This document shows, piece by piece, positions 28,560 to 37,423 of a stretch of 64,000 nt of DNA (the stretch's first letter is position 1; every line of letters begins with the position of its first letter). The position numbers and the translations under genes were made by a program. The notes below the pieces were generated by a model. That model made no database searches. It worked only from the letters and a program-made list of their open reading frames with translations, and was not told the origin of the DNA. This DNA comes from Alphaproteobacteria bacterium (lineage in GTDB: Bacteria > Pseudomonadota > Alphaproteobacteria > RF32 > CAG-239), in NCBI GenBank assembly GCA_020025875.1, contig JAHHRI010000004.1, positions 125 to 64,124 on the forward strand, written 5' to 3'.

Positions 28560-29123
28560 ATGGCACAAGCTGTAGATCGTCGTAAAACAGAGAAAAAAGA
28601 AGAATTGGTTGAAAAACTGGTTCACATTAACCGCGTCGCCAAAACTGTCAAGGGCGGCCGCAACATGTCTTTTGCTGCGGTTGTCGTTGTCGGTGATCAA
28701 AAAGGTCGCGTCGGTTATGGTTCGGGTAAGGCTGCGGAAGTTCCGGAAGCCATTACCAAAGCAACCAACGAAGCTAAGAAGAACATGGTTCGCATTCCTT
28801 TGCGCGAAGGCAGAACGCTGCACCATGATGTTGCCGGACATTTCGGCGCCGGAAAGGTCGTTCTGAGAACGGCTCCTGCCGGTACCGGTGTTATTGCCGG
28901 CGGCCCGATGCGTGCAATTTTTGAAGTTCTGGGTGTTCAGGACGTGGTTGCCAAGTCGCTCGGCTCCAATAACCCGTACAATATGATCAAAGCCACTTTT
29001 GATGCTTTGCAGTCGATTTGTTCTCCACGGATGGTGGCTGCAAAGAGAGGCAAAAAAGTCGGTGACATCGTCAGTCGCAGAGAAGTCGCTGGCGGCGTAA
29101 AGACTGAAAAAGAGGAGGCTTAA
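28560..29123 (+). CDS. rpsE: 30S ribosomal protein S5
   Basis: 187 aa with ..INRV.KTVKGGR..SF.A.VVVGD..G.VG.G.GKA.EVP.AI.KA... Confidence 0.96.
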   Translation: MAQAVDRRKTEKKEELVEKLVHINRVAKTVKGGRNMSFAAVVVVGDQKGRVGYGSGKAAEVPEAITKATNEAKKNMVRIPLREGRTLHHDVAGHFGAGKVVLRTAPAGTGVIAGGPMRAIFEVLGVQDVVAKSLGSNNPYNMIKATFDALQSICSPRMVAAKRGKKVGDIVSRREVAGGVKTEKEEA

Positions 29124-29126
29124 ACC

Positions 29127-29309
29127 ATGGCTAACAAAACAATAAAAGTCAAGCAGGTCGCCAGTCCGATCGGACGTCCGGCCAAGCAGAAAGCCGTTTT
29201 AATCGGACTTGGTTTGAACAAGATGAACAAAGTGGTTGAACTGGAGGATACTCCGTCGATCCGCGGAATGATCAACAAAGTTCCGCATCTTGTCAAAATT
29301 GTGGATTAA
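29127..29309 (+). CDS. rpmD: 50S ribosomal protein L30
   Basis: 60 aa with ..IKVKQV.S.IGR....A.L.GLGL... in spc operon order. Confidence 0.94.
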   Translation: MANKTIKVKQVASPIGRPAKQKAVLIGLGLNKMNKVVELEDTPSIRGMINKVPHLVKIVD

Positions 29310-29321
29310 TAATTCGGACAT

Positions 29322-29350
29322 AAAAAGGGGCGGCAAGCCTGCCCCTTTTT
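29322..29350 (+). terminator. terminator/attenuator-like hairpin between rpmD and rplO
   Basis: A5-GGGGC-ggcaagcct-GCCCC-T5, lying inside the spc operon. Confidence 0.5.
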
Positions 29351-29377
29351 AGCCGAAGATGAGATTAGGTGAAAAAA

Positions 29378-29833
29378 ATGAAACTTAACGAATTAAAAGA
29401 CAACGGCGGAGCAACTAAGAACCGTATTCGTGTCGGGCGCGGCATCGGCAGCGGTAAAGGTAAAACCTCCGGACACGGTCAGAAGGGTCAGAAAGCTCGC
29501 AGCGGCGTTGCTATCAATGGTTTTGAAGGCGGGCAGATGCCGATTTACCGCAGACTGCCGAAACGCGGTTTCAAAAATCCGTTTGCCAAAGTTTTCGCTG
29601 TTGTTAACCTTGATACTTTGCAGACGGCAATCGATGCCGGTAAATTGAAGGCTGATGCCGTTGATTTGGCTGCTTTGTCGGATGCCGGCATTGTGACCAA
29701 GGCTTACGACGGTGTTCGTCTGTTGGCTCGCGGTGCGGTTACCACTGCGGTTGTGATTTCGGTCAACTCGGCTTCCAAAGCTGCCGTTGCCGCAATCGAA
29801 AAAGCCGGCGGTAAAGTCAATATCATTGCTTAA
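29378..29833 (+). CDS. rplO: 50S ribosomal protein L15
   Basis: Starts [39 protein letters not shown] 29378 has AGGTGA 6 nt upstream (GTG 29369 is possible). Confidence 0.95.
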   Translation: MKLNELKDNGGATKNRIRVGRGIGSGKGKTSGHGQKGQKARSGVAINGFEGGQMPIYRRLPKRGFKNPFAKVFAVVNLDTLQTAIDAGKLKADAVDLAALSDAGIVTKAYDGVRLLARGAVTTAVVISVNSASKAAVAAIEKAGGKVNIIA

Positions 29834-29851
29834 GCGCAAATCGTGATTTGT

Positions 29852-29880
29852 AAAAAACCTCCCATTCGGGAGGTTTTTTT
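29852..29880 (+). terminator. strong intrinsic terminator between rplO and secY
   Basis: A6-CCTCCC-ATTC-GGGAGG-T7, a perfect stem with a long T-tract. Confidence 0.75.
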
Positions 29881-30170
29881 ATGTTCTCCCCGTACTTGCG
29901 GATCAGGTTAAGAGGTTGGCCTCCCGCAAGGAATAAGCAGGAGCTCTGAAAGGTTAAGTTTTTGCCGTTTGTATGCGCAAGCTGCGGTTTTGGTCGCTGC
30001 CGATCAAAAAGGGAGCCCTCGGAGGCGGGGTGTCTTGCCGCCGACTGCCAATATAAAGATTGAGGATAAAGAGAAAGTTGTTGCAATAATTTAAAAACTG
30101 TGTATTAATTTGTTTCCAAATGGGCACTTCTGCGCCCCAATTCGGTTATTTTAAAGATAAGGAAATAAAA

Positions 30171-31529
30171 ATGGTATCGTTAGCAGAAAAAATGGCTGCC
30201 AATCTGGATATGTCGGCGTTTGGTAAAGCCGAAGAACTGAAAAAAAGACTATGGTTCACAATTTTGGCTTTGATTGTTTTCCGGCTGGGGACTTTCATTC
30301 CGTTGCCGGGGATTGATCCGAAGATTTTGGCGGATATTTTTTCACGCAATTCAAACGGCATTTTGGGTATGTTTAATATGTTCGCCGGCGGCGCGCTTGA
30401 ACGTATGACAATTTTTGCTCTCAACATCATGCCTTATATTTCGGCCTCCATTATTCTGCAGCTCGGGCAGTCGGTGATTCCGTCGCTTGCGGCTCTTAAG
30501 AAAGAGGGCGAGGCCGGACACCGCAAAATCGTTCATTATACCAAAGTGCTGACCGTGCTGATCACGGTTATACAGGGATACGGTATTGCCGTAGGACTTG
30601 AGGGAATGGTCGGCAGCGCCGGTCTTTCGGCGGTGGTTATGCCCGGTTTTGTTTTCAAATTCACAACCATTGTTTCGCTGGTCGGCGGCACGATGTTCAT
30701 TGTTTGGTTGGGTGATCAAATCACTTCTCGCGGAGTCGGTAACGGTTCGTCGCTGATCATTACGGTCGGTATTATTGCCAACATTCCGACGGCTTTGGCG
30801 CAAACGTTTGAATTGGGACGTGTCGGCTCGATGTCGCTGTGGGTTATTTTGCTGTTGATGGTTATGGTTTTGGGACTGATTTATGTGATTGTTTTGGTCG
30901 AAAGAGCTCAACGCAAAATTACCATTCAATACCCGAAGCGTCAGGTTGGCGCGCGGATGATGACATCTTCGGAAAGTTCGCATCTGCCGCTTAAAATCAA
31001 TCCGACCGGTGTTATTCCGCCGATCTTTGCCAGTTCGCTTTTGCTGCTGCCGATTACGATTGCTAATTTTTCGGCGGCCAACGGTCCGAGCTGGGCGCAG
31101 ACACTGAGTCAGCTTTTGGGGCACGGGCAACCGTTGTATTTGGCTCTTTATGCCGGCTTGATTATTTTCTTCGCCTTTTTCTACACCGCCGTGGTGTTTA
31201 ATCCGGAAGAAACGGCAGACAATCTGAAAAAACACGGTGGCTTTATTGCCGGTATCCGTCCGGGCAAAAATACCGCCGAATATCTTGACTATGTCATTAC
31301 CCGCCTGACCGTGCTCGGCGCAGCCTATTTGACAGCTCTGTGCATTCTGCCGGAGATTCTCATTTCTCGATTGTCGGTTCCGTTTGTTCTCGGCGGTACC
31401 ACACTGCTGATTGTCGTTCAGGTAACTATGGATTTTGTCGGTCAAGTGCAAACACACCTGATTGCCTATCAATATGAGGGGCTTTTGAAAAAGGCGGCTT
31501 TGGTCAATAAAAAAGGGAAACGGCGGTAA
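30171..31529 (+). CDS. secY: preprotein translocase subunit SecY
   Basis: 452 aa from ATG 30171 (AAGGAA RBS). Contains ..LKKRLWFTILALIVFRLGTFIPLPGI.. and about 10 TM segments. Confidence 0.95.
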   Translation: MVSLAEKMAANLDMSAFGKAEELKKRLWFTILALIVFRLGTFIPLPGIDPKILADIFSRNSNGILGMFNMFAGGALERMTIFALNIMPYISASIILQLGQSVIPSLAALKKEGEAGHRKIVHYTKVLTVLITVIQGYGIAVGLEGMVGSAGLSAVVMPGFVFKFTTIVSLVGGTMFIVWLGDQITSRGVGNGSSLIITVGIIANIPTALAQTFELGRVGSMSLWVILLLMVMVLGLIYVIVLVERAQRKITIQYPKRQVGARMMTSSESSHLPLKINPTGVIPPIFASSLLLLPITIANFSAANGPSWAQTLSQLLGHGQPLYLALYAGLIIFFAFFYTAVVFNPEETADNLKKHGGFIAGIRPGKNTAEYLDYVITRLTVLGAAYLTALCILPEILISRLSVPFVLGGTTLLIVVQVTMDFVGQVQTHLIAYQYEGLLKKAALVNKKGKRR

Positions 31530-32203
31530 TGAGTTTTAAAAACGGGGAAGGTCTTCATCTGGTGATGACCGGCGCGCCGGGGACCGGAAAAGGCACTCAG
31601 GCCAGTGTGCTGAAACGCAAGTATAACATTGGGCATCTTTCGACGGGCGAAATGCTGCGCGAAGAAGTAAAGAAAGGAACCGAGGTTGGAAATCAGCTGA
31701 AAAGCCACTTGGCAGACGGCGGTTTTGCCCCCGATGAATTGATGATACAAATGGTTTCCAACCGGATTGAGGAAGATGATTGTCGGCACGGGTTTATTTT
31801 GGACGGCTTTCCGCGGACTTTGAAGCAGGCTAAAGTTTTGGAAAAGATGCTTGACGAAAAAGGAATTGCACTGGATGCCGTCATTGAAATTCAGGTGCCC
31901 GACCATATTATTGTTGACCGCATTCTGGGACGCTATACCTGCGTGACCTGCGGGGAAAGCTACAGCAACAACTATCATAAGCCGAAAGTTCCCGGTGTGT
32001 GTGATATCTGCGGCGGAACAAAATTTTCCAGACGACTCGATGATACGCAAAAAACCATAGAGCGCCGTTTGGAAAAATATCGCAATTATACTTATCCGAC
32101 AATTGCGTATTATAAGGAAAACGGATTGCTGCGCAGTATTGACGGCAATGGTTCGGTAGAGGTTGTTGCCGAACGGATTAATAAGGCGTTGCAGAGCAAA
32201 TAA
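31529..32203 (+). CDS. adk: adenylate kinase (zinc-lid type)
   Basis: TAATG overlap with secY. P-loop GAPGTGKGTQA. Lid cysteines C.TCG...CD.CGG. Confidence 0.93.
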   Translation: MSFKNGEGLHLVMTGAPGTGKGTQASVLKRKYNIGHLSTGEMLREEVKKGTEVGNQLKSHLADGGFAPDELMIQMVSNRIEEDDCRHGFILDGFPRTLKQAKVLEKMLDEKGIALDAVIEIQVPDHIIVDRILGRYTCVTCGESYSNNYHKPKVPGVCDICGGTKFSRRLDDTQKTIERRLEKYRNYTYPTIAYYKENGLLRSIDGNGSVEVVAERINKALQSK

Positions 32204-32250
32204 GTGTTTCACAAAAAATAACTTTTTTGGAAAAATGCTGAAAGTAATGG

Positions 32251-32278
32251 TTGACACAAACAAATATTAGCATATAAT
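32251..32278 (+). promoter_or_regulatory. consensus sigma70 promoter of the alpha operon (rpsM-rpsK-rpoA)
   Basis: TTGACA (32251-32256), 16-nt spacer, TATAAT (32273-32278). Lies 70 nt upstream of the rpsM start. Confidence 0.65.
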
Positions 32279-32347
32279 CCGGCTTAATTTTGAAAAGTGG
32301 TGATCAACTTTTTGAGTTTTAATTTTTAAAAATAATGGAGATGAAAT

Positions 32348-32716
32348 TTGGCTCGTATAGCTGGTGTAAATATTCCGACTGCCAAAAGAATTGAAATCGC
32401 TTTGACTTATATTTTTGGTATCGGTAGAAAAACTGCTCAGGACATTTGTATGAAATCCGGCGTTAAACCGGAAGTGCTCGTACAGGATATGTCCGAGGAA
32501 GACATTGCCAAGGTGCGTGAAGTTATTGATCACAGCTACCTGGTTGAAGGGGAACTGCGTCGCGACGTTGGGGTGAACATTAAACGGCTGATGGATCTTG
32601 GCTGCTACCGTGGGCTGCGGCACCGCAGAGGCCTGCCGGTTCGCGGTCAGAGCACCAAACAGAACGCTCGCACCCGCAAAGGTAAACGCAAAACCGTTGC
32701 AAACAAGAAGAAATAA
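32348..32716 (+). CDS. rpsM: 30S ribosomal protein S13
   Basis: 122 aa starting (TTG)[10 protein letters not shown]......L.YI.GIG. GGAG RBS. Confidence 0.96.
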   Translation: MARIAGVNIPTAKRIEIALTYIFGIGRKTAQDICMKSGVKPEVLVQDMSEEDIAKVREVIDHSYLVEGELRRDVGVNIKRLMDLGCYRGLRHRRGLPVRGQSTKQNARTRKGKRKTVANKKK

Positions 32717-32734
32717 GAAGAGGTAGGGTCCCAA

Positions 32735-33118
32735 ATGGCAAAAGCAACACAGAAGAAAAAAGAAAAGAAGAATATCACGGCCGGCGTCGCGCATGTGAAT
32801 TCTACTTTTAACAACACTCGAATCACTATTACCGACGCTCAGGGAAATACCGTGGCTTGGTCTACGGCAGGTGCACAGGGCTTTAAAGGCTCGCGCAAGT
32901 CGACTCCTTATGCAGCGCAGATTGCTGCCGAAGAAGCCGGTAAAAAGGCTATTGAAAACGGCATGAAAACTTTGGAAGTTGAGGTAAAAGGTCCCGGTTC
33001 GGGAAGAGAATCCGCAATCAGAGCTTTGCAGGTTGTCGGTTTTACCATTACTACCATCCGTGACGTTACTCCGATTCCGCACAACGGCTGTCGTCTGCGC
33101 AAACGCCGCCGCGTGTAG
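32735..33118 (+). CDS. rpsK: 30S ribosomal protein S11
   Basis: 127 aa with ..G.AHV.STFNNT.ITITD..GN...[17 protein letters not shown]... Confidence 0.96.
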   Translation: MAKATQKKKEKKNITAGVAHVNSTFNNTRITITDAQGNTVAWSTAGAQGFKGSRKSTPYAAQIAAEEAGKKAIENGMKTLEVEVKGPGSGRESAIRALQVVGFTITTIRDVTPIPHNGCRLRKRRRV

Positions 33119-33214
33119 TTTATAGCTTTTTGATAGTGAGGCTAAAATTTTTTAGCCTCGCCGTCTTTTGATTTTTTGTAAATATGCATATGCACTTTAA
33201 ATGAGGATATCCAC

Positions 33215-34225
33215 GTGATTCAAAAGAATTGGCAAGAACTTATTAAACCGACTAATCTTGAAATTGTTCCCAGCGATGGCGGCAACAAGGCTAAGATTGT
33301 GGTTGAACCTTTGGAGAGAGGATTTGGTCTTACTCTCGGCAACGCGTTAAGACGCATTTTACTCTCTTCTTTGCAGGGTGGCGCCGTAACGGCAATTAAA
33401 ATCGACGGTGTCTTACATGAATTTTCGGTTATCCCCGGTGTAAGAGAAGATGTTACGGATATTGTCTTAAACATCAAAGGGTTGGCCGTTGCCGTTCACA
33501 ACGAGGGTATGAAAACCATGTATCTGAAGGCCGAAGGGCCGTGCGAAGTGACGGCAGCAATGATTGAGACAGGACATGACGTTGAAATCAAAAATCCTGA
33601 TCTTTTTATTTGCACGCTTGATGCCGGCGCCAAACTCAACATGGAACTGACTGTCAATACAGGCAAAGGCTATGTTCCGGCAAGCCAAAACAAGCCGGTG
33701 GATGCACCGATCGGGTTGATTGCCGTTGATGCTATCTATTCGCCGGTTAAGCGCGTTTCGTACCGTGTTGATCGTACTCGTGTCGGTCAAGTTACCGATT
33801 ATGATAAATTGACATTGGTGGTTGAAACAAACGGCGTTGTTACACCGGAAGATGCGGTTGCTTTCTCGGCTCGCATTCTGCAAGATCAGTTGAAACCGTT
33901 TATTAATTTCGATGAACCGGAAAATGAAGCAGAAGTTGAAAAAGAAGAACTGCCGTTTAACAAGAATTTGTTGAAAAAGGTTGAAGAACTTGAACTTTCC
34001 GTTCGCTCCGCCAACTGCTTGAAGAACGATAACATCGTTTATATCGGTGATTTGGTGCAGAAGACAGAAGCTGAAATGCTGAGAACGCCGAACTTCGGGC
34101 GCAAGTCTTTGAACGAGATCAAAGAAGTTTTAGCCAAAATGGGTATTCATCTGGGTATGGAAACTCCAGGATGGCCGCCGGAAAATATTGAAGAATTGAT
34201 CAAACGGGTTGATGATCACTTTTAA
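33215..34225 (+). CDS. rpoA: DNA-directed RNA polymerase subunit alpha
   Basis: 336 aa with GTG start, beginning [12 protein letters not shown]... Contains ..[11 protein letters not shown].. and the C-terminal domain ..[19 protein letters not shown]... Confidence 0.96.
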   Translation: MIQKNWQELIKPTNLEIVPSDGGNKAKIVVEPLERGFGLTLGNALRRILLSSLQGGAVTAIKIDGVLHEFSVIPGVREDVTDIVLNIKGLAVAVHNEGMKTMYLKAEGPCEVTAAMIETGHDVEIKNPDLFICTLDAGAKLNMELTVNTGKGYVPASQNKPVDAPIGLIAVDAIYSPVKRVSYRVDRTRVGQVTDYDKLTLVVETNGVVTPEDAVAFSARILQDQLKPFINFDEPENEAEVEKEELPFNKNLLKKVEELELSVRSANCLKNDNIVYIGDLVQKTEAEMLRTPNFGRKSLNEIKEVLAKMGIHLGMETPGWPPENIEELIKRVDDHF

Positions 34226-34243
34226 TCTTGGATATGATTAAGC

Positions 34244-34279
34244 AAAAAACTCTCCTACCACGGTAGGGGAGTTTTTTTG
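34244..34279 (+). terminator. intrinsic terminator directly after rpoA
   Basis: A6-CTCTCCTACC-acg-GTAGGGGAG-T7, starting 19 nt after the rpoA stop. Confidence 0.8.
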
Positions 34280-34438
34280 TAACCGAAGAGGAATGCAAAA
34301 ACATTTGCAAAGAATGGACGGAAGCCGCCGAGGTTAGATGATAACGGGGCGTGGCGTCAGATGTATGATGATTAATTGAGGCTAAAAAAAGAATCGGCGA
34401 GCGTGATTTAAGGGGTAGGAAATAAAGGGATATTAAAT

Positions 34439-34776
34439 GCTTGCTGTGGAGGTGGTGCGGCAGGCGGTTGTGGTGCTTGTTGTCGGTAGGTGGTGCGTTA
34501 GGCGGTAGGGCGCTTGCTGTCGGTAGGTGGTGAGTTAGGCGGAAGGGCGGTTGCTGTCGGTAAGTGATGGGGCAGGCGGTAGGGTGCTTGCTGTCAGAGG
34601 TGGTGCGGCAGGCGGAAGGGCGGTTGTTGTCGGTAGGTGATGCGCTAGGCGGAAGGGCGGTTGTTGTCGGTAGGTGGTGCGCTAGGCGGAAGGGCGGTTG
34701 CTGTCGGTAAGTGATGGGGCAGGCGGAAGGGTGCTTGTTGTCGGTAGGTGGTGCGTTAGGCGGTAGGACGGTTGCT
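34439..34776. repeat. tandem array of 9 copies of a degenerate 36-37-bp unit (plus a partial unit)
   Basis: Unit is roughly GTCGGTAGGTGGTGCGYTAGGCGGWAGGGCGGTTGYT. Unit boundaries fall at 34446, 34482, 34519, 34556, 34593, 34629, 34666, 34703 and 34740. Each unit holds two copies of a 9-mer core GKCGGWAGG. The plus strand is strongly G-rich and C-poor. Confidence 0.9.
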
Positions 34777-35416
34777 TGAAACAAACAGATAAAGTTGCGA
34801 TGAGGCGTTGGGCGAATCGAGCTTGCTTGATTGCGTATCCTGCTTTTGGTATCTCCCGATGATGCTTGTCGGTGGCGAAAACGGGCGTTTCCCAACACAT
34901 CAAGTAAGTATCTTTTTGGCGGCGGTATCGGAGCGTGTCTTTTTCGAGATGGCGGTCATATCGAAAGGTTTTGGATATTGTTCGTCATGCTTCAAAGAGG
35001 CCGTCAAAATCTAATAAATTGTTTTTTGATTTAAAAATTCTCTTTTGACGAATTTTTGTATTAATTATGTGTCAGTACGGCGGCAATCATGGCATTTATC
35101 CTTGTTTTTTAGCAGAAATGTAGTAGATTGTAAAAAAGTCCGATCACAAACTTTGTGTCATTTTTCGGCAAAATGCGAAAAAGCGGTTTGGCGGTGAGTT
35201 GAAAACAGTATGTGTTTCGGAAAAGCTGATAAAACAAGGCTGGATTTTGATAATCTTTTCTATAAAACGCGCCAAGACGATATGGCTTTTTTGTATTCTT
35301 ATATCGTTGAAAAAGCGTGTTTTTGGCACTGCGCGGATGGTGATGTCAGTGGGGTGGCAAATGTTATGTGAACTGATTTTTTTACAGCCGCAACGAAAGA
35401 AAGGAAAAGGGTGTCA

Positions 35417-36454
35417 ATGGTTGAAGATTGGCAAAAACTGAATGCTTGCCGCTTGGGCTTGGTGTCTTCTTTTTTGTGGCACTACAAAGCTGTCGGCTAT
35501 CATGAAGCCCCACCGTTGCCGGTTACTTCCAAACAAGACGAAAGCGTGATTTTTGTCGGTGCGGCGATTTCGGCATTAAAAAAGGATTACATTTATCCGC
35601 AGGCCATTCCGAGCGGCGGGTTGGTCATAGCTCAGGACGCCATCCGCACGCGTAACATCAAAAATATGCTTGCCGATGACTTTCAGCCCAAATGGGGATC
35701 CTATTTTACCAATATCGACACGGTGTTTCCCTACGAACACAAGAACGAAGCCTTTGCTCAGGCCTTAGCTTTTTTTACGGACAAAGTAAAACTCGCGCCT
35801 GAGGATTTGTTGTTGCGTGTTCGTTCAAAAGACGAAGAATTGTATCAATTAGTGCAAGCAAGCCGTTGGCCGACGGTGGAGGTTGATGCTCATCCGGAAA
35901 AATACTACCGTCATACGGTTGGTATTGACGATGTTTACGGAGAAAATTTTAATTTTGCCGTGCGCCATAAACACACCGGCGAATATTGCGATGTCGGCAA
36001 CTTTATCGTGTTCCGCGATTGCGGAAGCCGACAGCCGCTGTTTATGGAAGTCGGTTTCGGAGATACGGTGATTATGCAGGCCAAATATGGGTTGCCTCAT
36101 GTTACGGATTGTTATCCGTTTCCCAAACATCCGGCGCTGGATCAAAACCATAAGTTCAAAGACTGCATTATAACCTCGCAAGCGATGATGCGCGAGGGGC
36201 TTATGCCGTCCAGCCGCGATGAACAGTGTAAAATTCTTTACAAATATCTACGCAGTATTTATTATTTTGCAGATCAGGCAAGATTGAAGCCGCAGGAGCT
36301 TTCAAAACTGTTGCATCATTCCGAGGCGATGATTTTCGGCAATGTGCGGGCAGCACCGGTCATGACGGAGCTGTTTGCCGCAAAAAGCGGGAGAATGGAA
36401 GAACTGAACAGGGTAACTTTATGGAAATTACAACAACAAAGAGAGGGAAGATGA
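35417..36454 (+). CDS. stand-alone paralog of the class II alanyl-tRNA synthetase catalytic core (no tRNA-binding, editing or C-Ala domains)
   Basis: 345 aa (GTG 35411 also possible). The by-eye alignment to the AlaRS N-terminal domain is collinear throughout. FLWHYKAVGYHEAPPLPVTSKQDESVIFVGAAISALKK matches FLDFFHSKGH..V.SSSLVP.NDPTLLFTNAGMNQFK. IAQDAIRT matches SQRCVRA. WGSYFTNIDTVFPYEHKNEAFAQALAFFTDKVKLAPEDLLLRV matches HHTFFEMLGNFSFGDYFK.DAI.FAWELLT....LPKERLWVTV. VGNFIVF matches IWNIVFMQ. FMEVGFGDTVIMQAKYGLPHVTDCYPF matches SVDTGMGLERIAAVLQ.V.SNYDIDLF. CIITSQAMMREGLMPSSRDEQCKILYKYLRSI matches IADHIR...FLI.DGV.PSNE.RGYVLRRIIRRA. Confidence 0.7.
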   Translation: MVEDWQKLNACRLGLVSSFLWHYKAVGYHEAPPLPVTSKQDESVIFVGAAISALKKDYIYPQAIPSGGLVIAQDAIRTRNIKNMLADDFQPKWGSYFTNIDTVFPYEHKNEAFAQALAFFTDKVKLAPEDLLLRVRSKDEELYQLVQASRWPTVEVDAHPEKYYRHTVGIDDVYGENFNFAVRHKHTGEYCDVGNFIVFRDCGSRQPLFMEVGFGDTVIMQAKYGLPHVTDCYPFPKHPALDQNHKFKDCIITSQAMMREGLMPSSRDEQCKILYKYLRSIYYFADQARLKPQELSKLLHHSEAMIFGNVRAAPVMTELFAAKSGRMEELNRVTLWKLQQQREGR

Positions 36455-37416
36455 TAGCAAAAAAATTAAAGAAAGGCTCGCATGTGCGAGTTATTGCACC
36501 TGCACGCAGCTTGGGGATTGTGAGTGAAAATTGTCGGAAAATTGCCGATAAGCGGCTTGCAGAGATGGGCTTGCGGGTTTCGTTCGGGCGGCATGCGGAA
36601 GAAATGGACGGGGTTGCTTCTTCTTCCGTTGCGTCCCGATTGGAAGATTTGCATGAAGCTTTTGCCGATAAAACGGTTGACGGCATTCTGACGGTTATCG
36701 GCGGGTTTAATTCGATTGAACTTCTTTCCGGAATAGATTATCGGTTGATCGCCGATAACCCAAAGATTTTGTGCGGCTTTTCCGATATTACCGGACTGGC
36801 CAACGCCATTTATGCCAAAACGGGGTTGGTGACTTATTCGGGGCCGCATTACTCTACTTTCGGTATGCTGAAAGGAAACGAATATACGCTTGAATATTTT
36901 AAAAAATGCCTGTTTCAGAGCGAGTCCTTTGAGTTGCATCCGGCAGCCGAGTGGTCGGATGATCCATGGTATCTGGATCAGGAAAACCGCAAATTTATAA
37001 AAAATGACGGCTACTGGGAAATAGCTTCCGGTGCCGCGGAAGGTCGGTTGGTCGGCGGCAATTTGGGGCTTTTGGACGAGTTGAAAGGAACGCCTTATTT
37101 TCCGGACATCAAAGACAGTATTTTGTTTTTGGAACATTGTGCGGAAAATGAAGTTTGGACTTTTAACCGCAATCTGCAGGCACTCTGCCTGCATCCGGAT
37201 TTTGCTTCGGTTAGGGCGATTGTGTTCGGACGTTTTGAGCCGGAAAACCAAATTGATCGGTCGAAGTTGGAGCAGATATTGAGCACAAAGAAAGAATTGG
37301 TCGGAAAACCGATTATTGCCAATGTCGATTTTGGGCATACAACACCGATCATTACCTTTCCTATCGGCGGCAGCTGCCGAATCGATAACGGGCGGATTGA
37401 ACTGACGGCATTTTAG
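36451..37416 (+). CDS. peptidase S66 family serine hydrolase (LD-carboxypeptidase LdcA / microcin C7 immunity MccF-like)
   Basis: 321 aa. Its ATG overlaps the upstream stop as ATGA. Nucleophile elbow ..ILCGFSDITGL.., acidic ..ILFLEHC.., and His in ..NVDFGHTTP.. occur in the Ser-Glu-His order of S66 enzymes. N-terminal ..VRVIAPA... Confidence 0.8.
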   Translation: MIAKKLKKGSHVRVIAPARSLGIVSENCRKIADKRLAEMGLRVSFGRHAEEMDGVASSSVASRLEDLHEAFADKTVDGILTVIGGFNSIELLSGIDYRLIADNPKILCGFSDITGLANAIYAKTGLVTYSGPHYSTFGMLKGNEYTLEYFKKCLFQSESFELHPAAEWSDDPWYLDQENRKFIKNDGYWEIASGAAEGRLVGGNLGLLDELKGTPYFPDIKDSILFLEHCAENEVWTFNRNLQALCLHPDFASVRAIVFGRFEPENQIDRSKLEQILSTKKELVGKPIIANVDFGHTTPIITFPIGGSCRIDNGRIELTAF

Positions 37417-37423
37417 GGCGCAA

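Noticed and set aside
29881-30170. Possible SRP (4.5S) RNA in the rplO-secY spacer, suggested by a GNRA-capped hairpin followed by GGAAUAAGCAGG
   Set aside because: The 5' strand lacks the conserved AGG/UCC partner of SRP domain IV. The pairing would leave a one-sided bulge rather than the symmetric and asymmetric loops. The resemblance is superficial, so the region is kept only as an unexplained structured spacer.
20886-33082. Long antisense ORFs across the ribosomal cluster (for example 20886-21824, 25692-26687, 30351-31472, 31469-32263 and 32267-33082, all minus strand)
   Set aside because: Each lies fully opposite a highly conserved ribosomal, secY or adk gene. Their composition is low-complexity (Arg/Asn/Phe-rich) with no motifs. 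These are typical shadow ORFs. The same applies to 15455-16405, 36466-37338, 45821-46654, 47895-48566, 53673-54455 and 58436-59209.
34439-34776. Possible CRISPR array
   Set aside because: The repeats are contiguous with no unique spacers, the units are degenerate, and no cas genes or leader are present. It is a tandem minisatellite, not a CRISPR array.
34200-34898. 232-aa minus-strand ORF (Pro/His/Thr-rich, internally repetitive) covering the tandem array
   Set aside because: Its periodicity simply mirrors the 37-bp DNA repeat (3 units make 37 aa). It starts at a non-ATG codon without an RBS, runs through the rpoA terminator hairpin, and overlaps the rpoA 3' end. It is most likely a repeat-generated shadow ORF, though expression was not excluded.
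35067-35123. Short ORFs upstream of the cassette (MCQYGGNHGIYPCFLAEM, MAFILVF) as MccA-like precursor peptides
   Set aside because: They have no Shine-Dalgarno and no C-terminal Asn as in microcin C precursors, and no MccB-type adenylyltransferase is present. They cannot be distinguished from random ORFs.
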